From Spirochaetia bacterium (lineage in GTDB: Bacteria > Spirochaetota > Spirochaetia > SZUA-6 > Bin103): a stretch of DNA of 64,000 nucleotides. The first letter of the stretch is position 1; every line of letters starts with the position of its first letter. The stretch covers positions 1,568,001-1,632,000 of the forward strand of contig CBDATQ010000002.1 in assembly GCA_965199955.1 (NCBI GenBank), written 5' to 3'. The translations under genes were made by a program, and so were the position numbers. Below, one piece after another: positions 1 through 8,993 of this stretch. The notes below the pieces were generated by a model, which saw nothing but the letters and a program-made list of their open reading frames with translations, ran no database searches and was not told where the DNA came from.

Positions 1-246
1 GTCCAGGTCGCCCTCCGTGCAGCGCCTGTCGGGGTCGGCGATGCCGTCCATGGGGTCGGTGCCGGGCACCAGCCAGCCGTTCGCGGCGATGACTTCCATC
101 ATGTCGCGTCGCAGCGCCGTCAGCCGATCCGGGTCGAGGAGGCCGCGGAAGAACAGGTAGCCCTCGTCGTCCATGCGCCGCCGCAGCTCAACCGCATCGG
201 CCAGCGCGTCGTTGGAGGCACGAAACTCGCCAAAGCTCTCGATCAT
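1..246 (-). CDS. Phytanoyl-CoA dioxygenase (PhyH) family protein, N-terminal part (runs off window edge)
   Basis: Manual translation from ATG at 246: MIESFGEFRASNDALADAVELRRRMDDEGYLFFRGLLDPDRLTALRRD..., the typical PhyH N-terminal 'GY.....L' motif. Confidence 0.75.
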   Translation of the reverse strand, partial: MIESFGEFRASNDALADAVELRRRMDDEGYLFFRGLLDPDRLTALRRDMMEVIAANGWLVPGTDPMDGIADPDRRCTEGDLD

Positions 247-582
247 GGAGCCGATTATGCCACGACTCGTGCGCGGAGCCGAGGGGCTGGGAGATTGAGT
301 CGCCCGGCGAGGATCGGGGCCGTCGCGGTACCGTTGAGGAGGACCAGCGCTACCATGGCGATCATCGAACCAGCAGCTCCGTCCAGCCGCGCCGCTCCTC
401 CTTCGCTCGACCAGATCCGCCTGCGCCTGGCTGCGAACGCGCGCTCGAACTTGCGGAGCGGCTGATCGACCGCATCGATCAGCTCCGCGGTCAGGTCAGC
501 CCGCCGCCCTGTGAAGATTCGACGGAACCGGACGACTCTTGACACGGGTCTGGTCGCTTCTACGCTATCGGGAGAGATCCCG

Positions 583-1590
583 ATGACGTACGGGTACGAG
601 GAGCTCGGCAACGGCGTGGCGGTTCCGCGCGTGCGCATGGACCTGAGCGGCACGAACGGGCCGCGGGCCGGCAGGCAGATCAGGGACCGGATCTTCGAGA
701 TCGTCGACCGGGAAGGGGCGTTGCTGTTCCGCGATGCCGGCATCGACGGCCCGGCCGGGTATGCCGGGTTCCTGGCGGCGATCGGCTTCCGCCACCACTC
801 CTACGTGGGCGGCACGGCGCCGCGCACGGACCTCGGACGCGGCGTGTACACCGCGACCGACCTGCCTCCGGACACGACCGTGATGATCCACCAGGAGATG
901 AGCTATCTGGACGATGTCCCCGACTACATCTCCTTCTACTGCCACGTTCCGCCCGGGAACGGCCAGAAAACGAACCTGATCGGCGACATGCGCCGGCTGT
1001 CCGCGGAGCTGCCGGATGAGCTCAGACGGAAGTATCACGGAAGGCGCGCCCGCCTGCGCCGCACGCTGCGCACCGAGGGGAGCGAGCGGGTCGTCTCCCG
1101 CAGGGAGCGCAGCTGGCAAGAGGTCCTGGGCACCGGCGACCGGAGGGAGGCGAAGGCCATCGCCGTGCGCAAGGGTTGGGATCTGACCTGGACCGCCGAC
1201 GATTCGCTGATCTTCCTGCAGGAGCCGGCGCGCTTCTTCCGGCCGCATACCGTGCACGGCGAGATGTGGTGCAGCCAGGGCCTTCACTACCAGCCGACGG
1301 GCCGGCGCCTGGTCGCCGAGCGCGACGGCAGGATGGGAGACGCCCTGCGGATCGCCGCGGCCATACGGGAGGAGCCGGGCAGCCTGGACGTCATGGTCAT
1401 GGAGGACGGCAGCGAAGTGCCGCCGGAGGACTGCGCGACCTGGTTCGAGCTCTGCTCGGCGGCGCAGGTCGCCTACGCGCTCGGCCGGGGCGAGATGATC
1501 ATCCTGGACAACATGCTCATGGCGCACGGCCGATCGACCTTCACGGGCACGCGCACGATGTACGCGGCCCTGGGCGACCGCGCGGATTGA
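583..1590 (+). CDS. TauD/TfdA family Fe(II)/2-oxoglutarate dioxygenase (SyrP-like)
   Basis: HQEMSY (HxE) and DNMLMAHGR motifs; GGAGAG RBS before ATG 583 (ORF track start 511). Confidence 0.8.
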   Translation: MTYGYEELGNGVAVPRVRMDLSGTNGPRAGRQIRDRIFEIVDREGALLFRDAGIDGPAGYAGFLAAIGFRHHSYVGGTAPRTDLGRGVYTATDLPPDTTVMIHQEMSYLDDVPDYISFYCHVPPGNGQKTNLIGDMRRLSAELPDELRRKYHGRRARLRRTLRTEGSERVVSRRERSWQEVLGTGDRREAKAIAVRKGWDLTWTADDSLIFLQEPARFFRPHTVHGEMWCSQGLHYQPTGRRLVAERDGRMGDALRIAAAIREEPGSLDVMVMEDGSEVPPEDCATWFELCSAAQVAYALGRGEMIILDNMLMAHGRSTFTGTRTMYAALGDRAD

Positions 1591-1618
1591 CCGCAACCGG
1601 CAGCCGGCACCCCGGGCG

Positions 1619-2557
1619 CTACTCCGGCACCGCGATCGTCACCGAGGCGCTTGCCTCCTCTCCGTTCACGGCGTAGATCGAGTGATCGTTGGTCGAGAGC
1701 TTCACCTCGACGGTGCGCATGCCCGGGCTCAGTTCGGCGATGTGATACCACGGGCCGTACAGCCGGGCGATCTTTGCGCCGTCCAAGTACAGGTGGGCGT
1801 GGCCCTCTCCGATGACGTGGGCGCCACTGGCGCGCTCGGGAGCGAAGGTGAAGTTCTCGATCGATAGCGCCACGTTCCAGCCGGTCATCGCGTCGCGGTC
1901 GACGGAGATGCCTACCTTGGGCGCCGCCGTGCCGGCCGGTACCTCGAAGGCCGTCTCGTGATCGTGAGCTCCATGGTCGTGGGCGGCGGCGTCGTGCACC
2001 ATGCTGCCGCTGGCGTGCTCCACCCGAACCTCTTCGAGCAGGACGCCCCATGTCTTGCCGGGGTGATCGCGCAGATCGTGCACCACCAGGTCGAACGTGA
2101 CCTGTGTGACCCGGTCGGCCAGGACGCGCAGGTCCGCCCGAACCGGGGTCAGCTCCAGGGGGACGTCGACTCGGTCGCCGCCGTGGACGGTGCCGCGGGC
2201 GCCTGACGCCAGGACCTCCGCCGCATCGTAACGGCCCAACGGCACGTGCTCTCGTACGAGCTCGACGGTGGCGCCGTCCTTGTAGCGTGTCAGGTCGATC
2301 TCGCGCGGGTCGACCGTGATCGCCAGCCAGCCCTGGTCGGTGCGGGCGCCGCGGCGGTGCACGCGGACCCCGTCCACCGTGATCACCAACGCGGTGAAAT
2401 CGTCGATCGCCTCGCGATGGTCGGTGATCAGCACGACCACCTCGCCCGTTTCCACCTCGTCGGACCCGGAGGCTGAGGCCAGAGCCGCGCTCAGGACAAG
2501 CAGGCCGATCGCCAAGCGAGACCTGCCGCGAGGGCATACGCCAAGAACGTGGTTCAT
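1619..2557 (-). CDS. Exported protein: DUF4382-like domain, His-rich linker and putative metal-binding C-terminal domain
   Basis: Signal-like LAIGLLVLSAALASA; VLITD...LVITVDGVRVHR and EIDLTRY patterns; HDAAAHDHGAHDHE linker; GEGHAHLYLDG and TNDHS. Confidence 0.6.
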   Translation of the reverse strand: MNHVLGVCPRGRSRLAIGLLVLSAALASASGSDEVETGEVVVLITDHREAIDDFTALVITVDGVRVHRRGARTDQGWLAITVDPREIDLTRYKDGATVELVREHVPLGRYDAAEVLASGARGTVHGGDRVDVPLELTPVRADLRVLADRVTQVTFDLVVHDLRDHPGKTWGVLLEEVRVEHASGSMVHDAAAHDHGAHDHETAFEVPAGTAAPKVGISVDRDAMTGWNVALSIENFTFAPERASGAHVIGEGHAHLYLDGAKIARLYGPWYHIAELSPGMRTVEVKLSTNDHSIYAVNGEEASASVTIAVPE

Positions 2558-2633
2558 GGTGAGGTAGTGTGCCGGGATTCGCGACGCATGCGGTGGCAGC
2601 GTTCGGTCGACCGGAAAGTATAGACTTCCCGCC

Positions 2634-3485
2634 GTGGCATACACAAACGGCGCGTCGGCCGGGCCGATTCACGCGGGCGAGCGGTTCACGGAGGCCGAGA
2701 CGAAGCGGATCACGGAGGCGCTGAGTCGCGACGGGTACTGTTTCCTGGGGACGTCGATCCTGGAACAGGACGAGGTGGCGGCGCTCCGCGACGCCATGGA
2801 GCGCATGATCGCCGATCCCGCGATGCAGGAGGACCAGCCCGGCAACCATCGCAAGGCCAGGTCGCTGATGCGGATGTTCGAGTACGACCGCTCCTTCCGC
2901 GACCTGATCGTGCGCGAGCCGTTCGCCAGCCTGGCGGAGGCGGTGCTGGACGACCAGTGCCACGTCATGGGCCAGAACGCGCTGTTCACGGAGCCCAATC
3001 CCGACGCCACGGCCGACGGTCCGGGCGGCTGGCACCTCGACGACCTGGTGCAGTTCCCGCTGCCGCCGGAGATCCCCCGTCACGACCCCGGTGTGCCGCT
3101 GCCGTGCAATGTCATGCAGCTCTTCACGCCGCTGACCAGCATCGACTCGGTCGCGTGCGGGCCGACGCAGCTGGTGCCGCAGAGCCACTATGCGGGCCGC
3201 CGCCCGACGAACCAGGACCGCCCGCACTTCGACGGCAACGGGCCGGTGTCGATCCTGGCCGAGCCGGGCGACGCCTACATCTTCAACAACCAGGTCTGGC
3301 ACCGCGGCGCGCCCAACGCCTCGGACCGCTGCCGGCTGCTCGGCGGAGCCACCTACAGCAAGCGCTACGTCGCGCAGCGCTTCTACCCGTTCATCGACTA
3401 CCACATGCCCGAGTACGTGTGGGAGGGAGCGGACCCGCGGCTGCAGCGGATGCTCGGCCGCCACAAGCACGGCTCCTATGGCTGA
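2634..3485 (+). CDS. PhyH family dioxygenase
   Basis: RDGYC, WHLDD (HxD), GPTQLVPQSH, GDAYIFNNQVWHRG. Confidence 0.85.
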   Translation: MAYTNGASAGPIHAGERFTEAETKRITEALSRDGYCFLGTSILEQDEVAALRDAMERMIADPAMQEDQPGNHRKARSLMRMFEYDRSFRDLIVREPFASLAEAVLDDQCHVMGQNALFTEPNPDATADGPGGWHLDDLVQFPLPPEIPRHDPGVPLPCNVMQLFTPLTSIDSVACGPTQLVPQSHYAGRRPTNQDRPHFDGNGPVSILAEPGDAYIFNNQVWHRGAPNASDRCRLLGGATYSKRYVAQRFYPFIDYHMPEYVWEGADPRLQRMLGRHKHGSYG

Positions 3486-3525
3486 GCGCTCCGGGCAGCC
3501 GCTGATGCGACGATGAGATAAAGGC

Positions 3526-4479
3526 GTGCCTCCGCTCGCCGCCGGCATCGTCCTGTTCTCGACGATCCTGCACGCCGGCTGGAACCTGGTCGCCAAGCAG
3601 CGCAGCGACTCGTGGGCGACGTTCCTGCAGATACTGTTCACGATCAGCGTCCCGGCCGTCCTCATCGCTGCCTGGGCCGAACTGTTCATGAGGGGCATCC
3701 TGCCCCTGGTATGGCCGTTCCTGCTGGGGGCGAGCTGCTCGCAGGCGGTCTACTTCCTGGGGCTGACCCTGGGCTACCGCGCGGGCGACCTGGGGGTCGT
3801 ATACCCGGTGACGAGGGCGCTGCCGGTGCTGTTCCTGGGCGGGTTCGACCTGGTCCGGAACCTGTCGCCGAGCGTGATGGGGTGGATGGGGCTCGCCCTG
3901 GTCGCGGCGGGCTGCCTGATCATTTCGTCGGCCGGCAGTCCGCGCCGCGCAGGCGAGGCAGGCGTGCGGCGGCCCCGCATGCTGCATGCCACGATCGGCT
4001 GGGCGGTGGTCGGCGCCGCCGGCACCGTCGGCTACACGGCATTCGACAAGCTGGCAGCCGAGGCGCTGTTGCGCGCGTACGGCGGCGGGCTGATCGACGC
4101 CATCCGGTACGGCCTCTGGGAGTTCGTCCTCACGACCGTCCTGTACGCGCCCCTGCTGGTCGTGGCCATGCGGGCCAGTGCCCGCAGGCGCGCGAGGTCG
4201 GAGTCGGGCGCACCCGCGTCGTGGCGGTCATGGCGTGCGTTCTTCGGCGACTGGCGCCTCGCCGCGGTGGGCTTCAGCATGTTCGCGGCCTATTCGCTGG
4301 TGCTGTGGGCCTATCAGCTCTCGGAGCGCGCCAGCTACGTGGTGGCGTTGCGCCAGTTCAGCATCGTCCTGGGCGTGGTCGCCGCCGCGGTCCTGATGCG
4401 GGAACGGGCGCCGGCGGTGCGCATCGGCGCGGCGGTCGTGATCGTGGCCGGAATCGCCCTGGTGTCGGTAGCGCCGTAG
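3526..4479 (+). CDS. EamA/DMT family transporter
   Basis: LHAGWN, YRAGDLGVVYPVTR, SYVVALRQFSIV; multiple hydrophobic segments. Confidence 0.85.
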   Translation: MPPLAAGIVLFSTILHAGWNLVAKQRSDSWATFLQILFTISVPAVLIAAWAELFMRGILPLVWPFLLGASCSQAVYFLGLTLGYRAGDLGVVYPVTRALPVLFLGGFDLVRNLSPSVMGWMGLALVAAGCLIISSAGSPRRAGEAGVRRPRMLHATIGWAVVGAAGTVGYTAFDKLAAEALLRAYGGGLIDAIRYGLWEFVLTTVLYAPLLVVAMRASARRRARSESGAPASWRSWRAFFGDWRLAAVGFSMFAAYSLVLWAYQLSERASYVVALRQFSIVLGVVAAAVLMRERAPAVRIGAAVVIVAGIALVSVAP

Positions 4480-4497
4480 CCGCGGGCGGTGCGCCGG

Positions 4498-5289
4498 TCA
4501 GCCGATCAGCAGCGACTCGGCGCCGTCGATCCACACCTCCGTGCCGGTGATGTGGCGGGCGTCGTCGGAGGCCAGGAACGCCACCAGGTTGCCGATCTGC
4601 GCGGGATCGCCGGCCTTGCCCCCGGTCAGCGGAATCGAGCCGCGCGGGAACTCGGAACGGCCCGGCCGCATCTCGATGCCGTCCACGTTGCGCGGGAAGG
4701 TGTTGTCGCCGATCTCGGACTCGAACCACCCGGGGCAGACGGCGTTGACCCGGATGCGCGCGGGCCCCAGCTCCACCGCCAGCTTCTTGGCGAAGGTGAC
4801 CTGCGCCGCCTTGGAGGCAGAGTACACCGACGATCCGGTGACGCTGAACATGCGCGTCCCCTGCACGGAAGAGCAGATCGCGATCGAGCCGCCGGCGCGC
4901 TTGAGGTGCGGAACCGCGTACTTGACGGTGAGGAACGTGCCCTTGAGATTGATGTCGATGGTGGCGTCCCACTCTTCCGGGGTAATCTCCTCGACCGGCG
5001 CCCACACGCCGTTGATGCCGGCGTTGGCGAACACGATGTCCAGCCGCCCGCAGGCGGAGACCAGCGCGTCGACCGCCGCCGCCATCTGATCGGCCTGGGA
5101 GACGTCCGCGGTCAGCGCGAGCGCCTGTCCTCCGTCCGCCTCGATCTCCGCCACGGTCTGCTCGATCTGGCTGGTCGTGCGGGAGAGCACGCCCACGCTC
5201 GCGCCCTCACGGGCCAGCTCCAGCGCGGCGGCCTTGCCGATACCGGAGCCGGCGCCGGTCACCAGCGCGGCCTGTCCTTCGAATTTCAT
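4498..5289 (-). CDS. SDR family NAD(P)-dependent oxidoreductase
   Basis: TGAGSGIG, ANAG, YSASK, RVNAVCPG, ITGTEVWIDG. Confidence 0.92.
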   Translation of the reverse strand: MKFEGQAALVTGAGSGIGKAAALELAREGASVGVLSRTTSQIEQTVAEIEADGGQALALTADVSQADQMAAAVDALVSACGRLDIVFANAGINGVWAPVEEITPEEWDATIDINLKGTFLTVKYAVPHLKRAGGSIAICSSVQGTRMFSVTGSSVYSASKAAQVTFAKKLAVELGPARIRVNAVCPGWFESEIGDNTFPRNVDGIEMRPGRSEFPRGSIPLTGGKAGDPAQIGNLVAFLASDDARHITGTEVWIDGAESLLIG

Positions 5290-5373
5290 CTCTCATCCTC
5301 CTGCGGCATCGGCGCCGCCTGCGAGGCAGCACGATACGCAGTCGGCTTCGATTCCGCTACGCTCCGGCCCAGC

Positions 5374-6894
5374 ATGAGACGCATCGCCATCGGGCAGGTC
5401 CGGCAGGAGACCAATTCCTTCAATCCCGTGCTCACCGAGCGCTCGCACTTCGAGGACTACGGACTGGTCACGGGCGCCGACGTCATCGAGCGCTACAGCG
5501 ACGTGGGCGAGCTGTCCGGGTTCACGGGGCTGCCGAAGATCCTCGGCAGCCCCGTGGAGTGGGTCGGCCTGTGCCGGGCCGTCACCTGGTCGGGCGGGCC
5601 TCTGGCCGCCGGGCTGCTGGCGGAGCTGATCGAGATGGCCGTGCAGCCGCTGCGTGCGGGTGCGGTCGACGGGGTGCTGCTCTCCCTGCACGGGGCGCAG
5701 TCGGCGGTCGACGACCCCGACGTGTCGGGCCGCGTGCTGGAGGCGATCCGCGCGGCGGTTGGCCCGGGTACGCCGCTGGTGGCGACCCTGGACCTGCACG
5801 CCAACCTGACGCCGCTGATGGTGCGCTCGGCCGACGTGCTGGTCGGCTACCACACTCATCCGCACGTCGACGAGGACACCACCGGCGCGCGCGCCGCCGC
5901 GGTGCTGGCGCGCCTCCTGGAAACCGCCGAGCGGCCGGCGGTGAGCGCCTGGAAGATGCCGATGGTGCACAACGGCGACGGCCGTTCCACCGACCGCGGC
6001 ATCCAGCGCGACCTGTGGCGCCGCATCGTGGCGGCCGAGGCGGCGGACGACGTCGCCTCCATGGGGCTGTATCCCGTGCAGCCGTGGCTCGACGCCCCGC
6101 ACCTGGGCTGGACCTTCTACCAGGCGTACTGGGGCGCCGAGCCGCCGATGGATCCGCAGGCGGTCGCGCGGGAGTGCTGGGCGACGCGCGCCTACTCGGA
6201 GGCGGAACGGTTCGTCACCCCCGACCGGCTGGTGGCGGCGGCGCGGGCTATCGACGGCGGGCCGGTGGCGGTGTCGGAGTTCCACGACTCCACCAACAGC
6301 GGCGCGCCCGGCGACAGCACGCGCCTGCTGGCGGCACTGCTGGACGAGCCCGTAGGCGAGGGGGGCGCGCTGGCCTTCTGCGTGGACCCGGAGTCGGTCG
6401 ACCGCTGCATGCGAGCCGGCGTCGGAGCCACGGTGGACCTCGAAGTGGGCGGCAAGCGTGACCCGTACTCGGAGCCGCTGGCGGTGAGCGCCGGGGTGGA
6501 GGTGCTGGGCACGCTGGCCTACCGGCTGAGCGGCCACGGCGGCCACAACTTCCCGGTCGACATGGGGCGCATGGCGCGCATCCGCGCCGGGGAGCTCACC
6601 GTCGTGCTGGTGGAGAAGAGCGGCCCCGGTAGCTCGCCGCTCCTCTACGAGGCGGCGGGCGCCGATCCGCGGGACTTCAAGATCGTGCTCGCGAAGAGCC
6701 CGGAGGGATTCCGCAACGACTACGAGCCGTTCGCCGCCGGCATCCTGTTCTGCGCCGCTCCCGGCTCCGCGTCACCGTACCTGCAGGAGTTCCGGTTCAC
6801 GCAGACCACCCGGCCGCTCTACCCATGGGACGACCTGACCGGCATGGAGCAGGCCGGTTGGGCCGGTCCCATGGACGGGCAGGGCAGGCCCTGA
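5374..6894 (+). CDS. M81 family metallopeptidase (MlrC-like)
   Basis: MRRIAIGQVRQETNSF, SLHGA, DLHAN, YHTHPHVD, DSTNSGAPGD; true start ATG 5374 inside ORF 4489..6894. Confidence 0.88.
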   Translation: MRRIAIGQVRQETNSFNPVLTERSHFEDYGLVTGADVIERYSDVGELSGFTGLPKILGSPVEWVGLCRAVTWSGGPLAAGLLAELIEMAVQPLRAGAVDGVLLSLHGAQSAVDDPDVSGRVLEAIRAAVGPGTPLVATLDLHANLTPLMVRSADVLVGYHTHPHVDEDTTGARAAAVLARLLETAERPAVSAWKMPMVHNGDGRSTDRGIQRDLWRRIVAAEAADDVASMGLYPVQPWLDAPHLGWTFYQAYWGAEPPMDPQAVARECWATRAYSEAERFVTPDRLVAAARAIDGGPVAVSEFHDSTNSGAPGDSTRLLAALLDEPVGEGGALAFCVDPESVDRCMRAGVGATVDLEVGGKRDPYSEPLAVSAGVEVLGTLAYRLSGHGGHNFPVDMGRMARIRAGELTVVLVEKSGPGSSPLLYEAAGADPRDFKIVLAKSPEGFRNDYEPFAAGILFCAAPGSASPYLQEFRFTQTTRPLYPWDDLTGMEQAGWAGPMDGQGRP

Positions 6895-6966
6895 TCGAGC
6901 TCTGACAGCCGCCATGCGCCTGCTCATCAGGCCGCGAGTGCGCCGGCAAGACCACGCTCCGAATCG

Positions 6967-7322
6967 TCAGGCGAGCTGGAGGACGCGCCAGCGGTCGTAG
7001 TAGGGGAGCAGGATCTCGGGCAGGTTGGCGCGGACGTCGTCGCGCAGCCGCCAGCGCAGGCGCTCGTCGACCGGTTGCGGCTCAGCATCCGGATCATGCA
7101 CGCTGCTTGCCCAGCACCGCCATCTCGGCGTCGTAGTCCAGGTCGCGCTCCTGCTTGCCCCAGTCTCGATGCCAGCCGATCGAGTAGTGGGAGTGGTAGG
7201 GATTGGTGAAGATCAGAATCGACCCCATGGTCAGGTGGGTGCCGATGAAGTGCTCGTCGAACATGCCGGGCTCGACGGCGTCATCGGCGATAAAGTAGCC
7301 GTCGGTCTCGAACTGCTCGGCC
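6967..7322 (-). pseudogene. Internally deleted PhyH-family remnant
   Basis: AEQFETDGYFIADDAVEPGM..., IGWHRDWG, then a C-terminal piece ...LPEILLPYYDRWRVLQLA* in another frame; no start codon, far shorter than a PhyH gene. Confidence 0.6.
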
Positions 7323-8960
7323 CCAGGGTACCGCCCGGGTGATGGAGGCGGCGACCTCGTCGATCAAGCGCCGCAGAGCGGCGCCGGGCAGATCGGCGAT
7401 GTCGTTGCGCGGATGGTCCGTCGCGAGGCGCGACTCCGAGATGATCCGTCGGGCCTGATTCTTGGACGGCGCCTTTCCCCGTCTCCTGCACCACGAGATG
7501 AGCGATTCCCGCCATGCGGTGACCAGACGGGACCGGGGCCGGGCGAGGATCCCGCGCAGCACGTGGATGAGCGCGTCATCCTCGCCATCCGGAGGCTTGC
7601 GCTTCAGGAAGACGGTGCCCACGTTCCCCTCCTGGAACCGGTCGGCAACCTCGAATCGGCTTTCGATGAGGCGGCGCAGGGGATTCGGGTGCGCGAACAG
7701 GTCCGCCACCGCCCTCTGCATCGCGCAGACCGCGAGGTCCTCCGCCTGGGAGCGCAGGCAGAGCCGGACCAGGTAGTCCGCGTGGTCGGGAAAGAGGCTG
7801 GCGATGACCGCGTGCCGGCAACGCTCGAGGGTGGCGGTGGACAGATAGGCTGCCAGAGGCATCAGCTCGGCGGCCGGAACCGAGGCCAACTGTGCCTGGT
7901 CGGCGGCGACGGCGACCGCGCGCCCTGGGGCGGCGAATCCGATCAGCCGCTCGATCACGGAATCGGGAATATTCCTCGTCGGCGACTCCTTGGCCGCGTG
8001 TCCCCGCGAGTAGATGCTTGCCGTTCCGGTCCATCGCTTCGCGGCGGCGCTGCTGCGCCGCGTCGGCCGCAGCACGTACAGATCGCTGCGGTTTCCCAGC
8101 GCGGGCGCACGCCGGTATTCGTTGAACTCCGGCTCGATGGCTTCGATGACCAGGCGGAGATCTCCGAGCACGGCCTGGACCTTGAGCGCGAGCGCCGCCT
8201 GGTGCTCGCCGACGCCGTAGGCGGCGCAGATCCGGGAGAAGGCGCCCTCGTTCAGAGCCTCGATGCCGCGCAGGAGAAAGAGCTTCATGCCGGCCGGGGT
8301 GTACGGCGGATCGGTGAAGACCAGGTCGAACCGGGCGGCGAGGCTGCGCGGCAACTCCAGCCGTAGATCGGTGAAGAAGGTCTCGGTCGGCGAGCCGCGC
8401 CGCCGGCGGACATCATCGACGAATGCCAGCACTCGCTCGTCCACGTCAGCCACGGCGATGCCGGCGCCGGGCGCGAGGCGCGCGAGGGCGAGGGCGGTCA
8501 GGTCGTGGTCGCCCAGCATCAGCACCGCCGCGCCGGTCAGGTCGAACCGTTGCGACAGGAACAGCGCCCGCTTCACCACGGTGACCGCGGTGGCTGCCAC
8601 TTGGTCCAGGTGACGGTTCGGGCCGGGACGCCCCGACAGGTCGGCGACCACTTCGGGGAGCAGCGGGTGCCGGCGCGCCGCTTCGTCCCAGGGGTCGCGG
8701 CGGTCAGGGGGCGGGCCGAAGGTCCTCATGGCTGCGTCCCGAGCCGCGTCCGTGAGGCGCACGCGATTTCGGTCGCGGCAGACGAACGGGTGCAGATGGT
8801 CGAGTATCTCCGTGACCGCCCGATGGGAGAGGCGGCAACGGGTGATCAGCTCATCCGGCGTTACCGCGTTCCCGAGCTCGTGGACCACCGCCCGAACGCG
8901 GCCGAACTCCAGTCCCCACCGCTCTCGGAGCTGCGTGCAGGCATCCTGAAGACCGGTCAT
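7281..8960 (-). CDS. N4-bis(aminopropyl)spermidine synthase (BpsA/DUF43) family protein with N- and C-terminal extensions
   Basis: HLDQVAATAVTVVKRA, LGDHDLTALA, DVDERVL, FDLVFTDPPYTPAGMKLFLLRG. Confidence 0.75.
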   Translation of the reverse strand: MTGLQDACTQLRERWGLEFGRVRAVVHELGNAVTPDELITRCRLSHRAVTEILDHLHPFVCRDRNRVRLTDAARDAAMRTFGPPPDRRDPWDEAARRHPLLPEVVADLSGRPGPNRHLDQVAATAVTVVKRALFLSQRFDLTGAAVLMLGDHDLTALALARLAPGAGIAVADVDERVLAFVDDVRRRRGSPTETFFTDLRLELPRSLAARFDLVFTDPPYTPAGMKLFLLRGIEALNEGAFSRICAAYGVGEHQAALALKVQAVLGDLRLVIEAIEPEFNEYRRAPALGNRSDLYVLRPTRRSSAAAKRWTGTASIYSRGHAAKESPTRNIPDSVIERLIGFAAPGRAVAVAADQAQLASVPAAELMPLAAYLSTATLERCRHAVIASLFPDHADYLVRLCLRSQAEDLAVCAMQRAVADLFAHPNPLRRLIESRFEVADRFQEGNVGTVFLKRKPPDGEDDALIHVLRGILARPRSRLVTAWRESLISWCRRRGKAPSKNQARRIISESRLATDHPRNDIADLPGAALRRLIDEVAASITRAVPWGRAVRDRRLLYRR

Positions 8961-8993
8961 CGATCGGTTTCAACCGCCGCGGAGCGCTACGGG

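Noticed and set aside
250..580. Small ORF or gene remnant between the first PhyH and the TauD gene
   Set aside because: Coding-like patches exist but no recognisable family or consistent frame.
1473..3698. 741-aa minus-strand ORF and similar Arg/Gly/Pro-rich ORFs throughout (e.g. 8505..10616, 52809..54584, 56667..58982)
   Set aside because: They overlap well-supported genes and have the composition expected from stop-poor alternative frames at high GC.
4489..5373. Apparent N-terminal extensions on ORF-track calls (M81 801 aa, S9 746 aa, HIU hydrolase 316 aa, 921-aa and 692-aa ORFs at 57-60 kb)
   Set aside because: The extensions overlap neighbouring genes; family N-termini and RBS/overlap signals give later starts, so they are not fusions.
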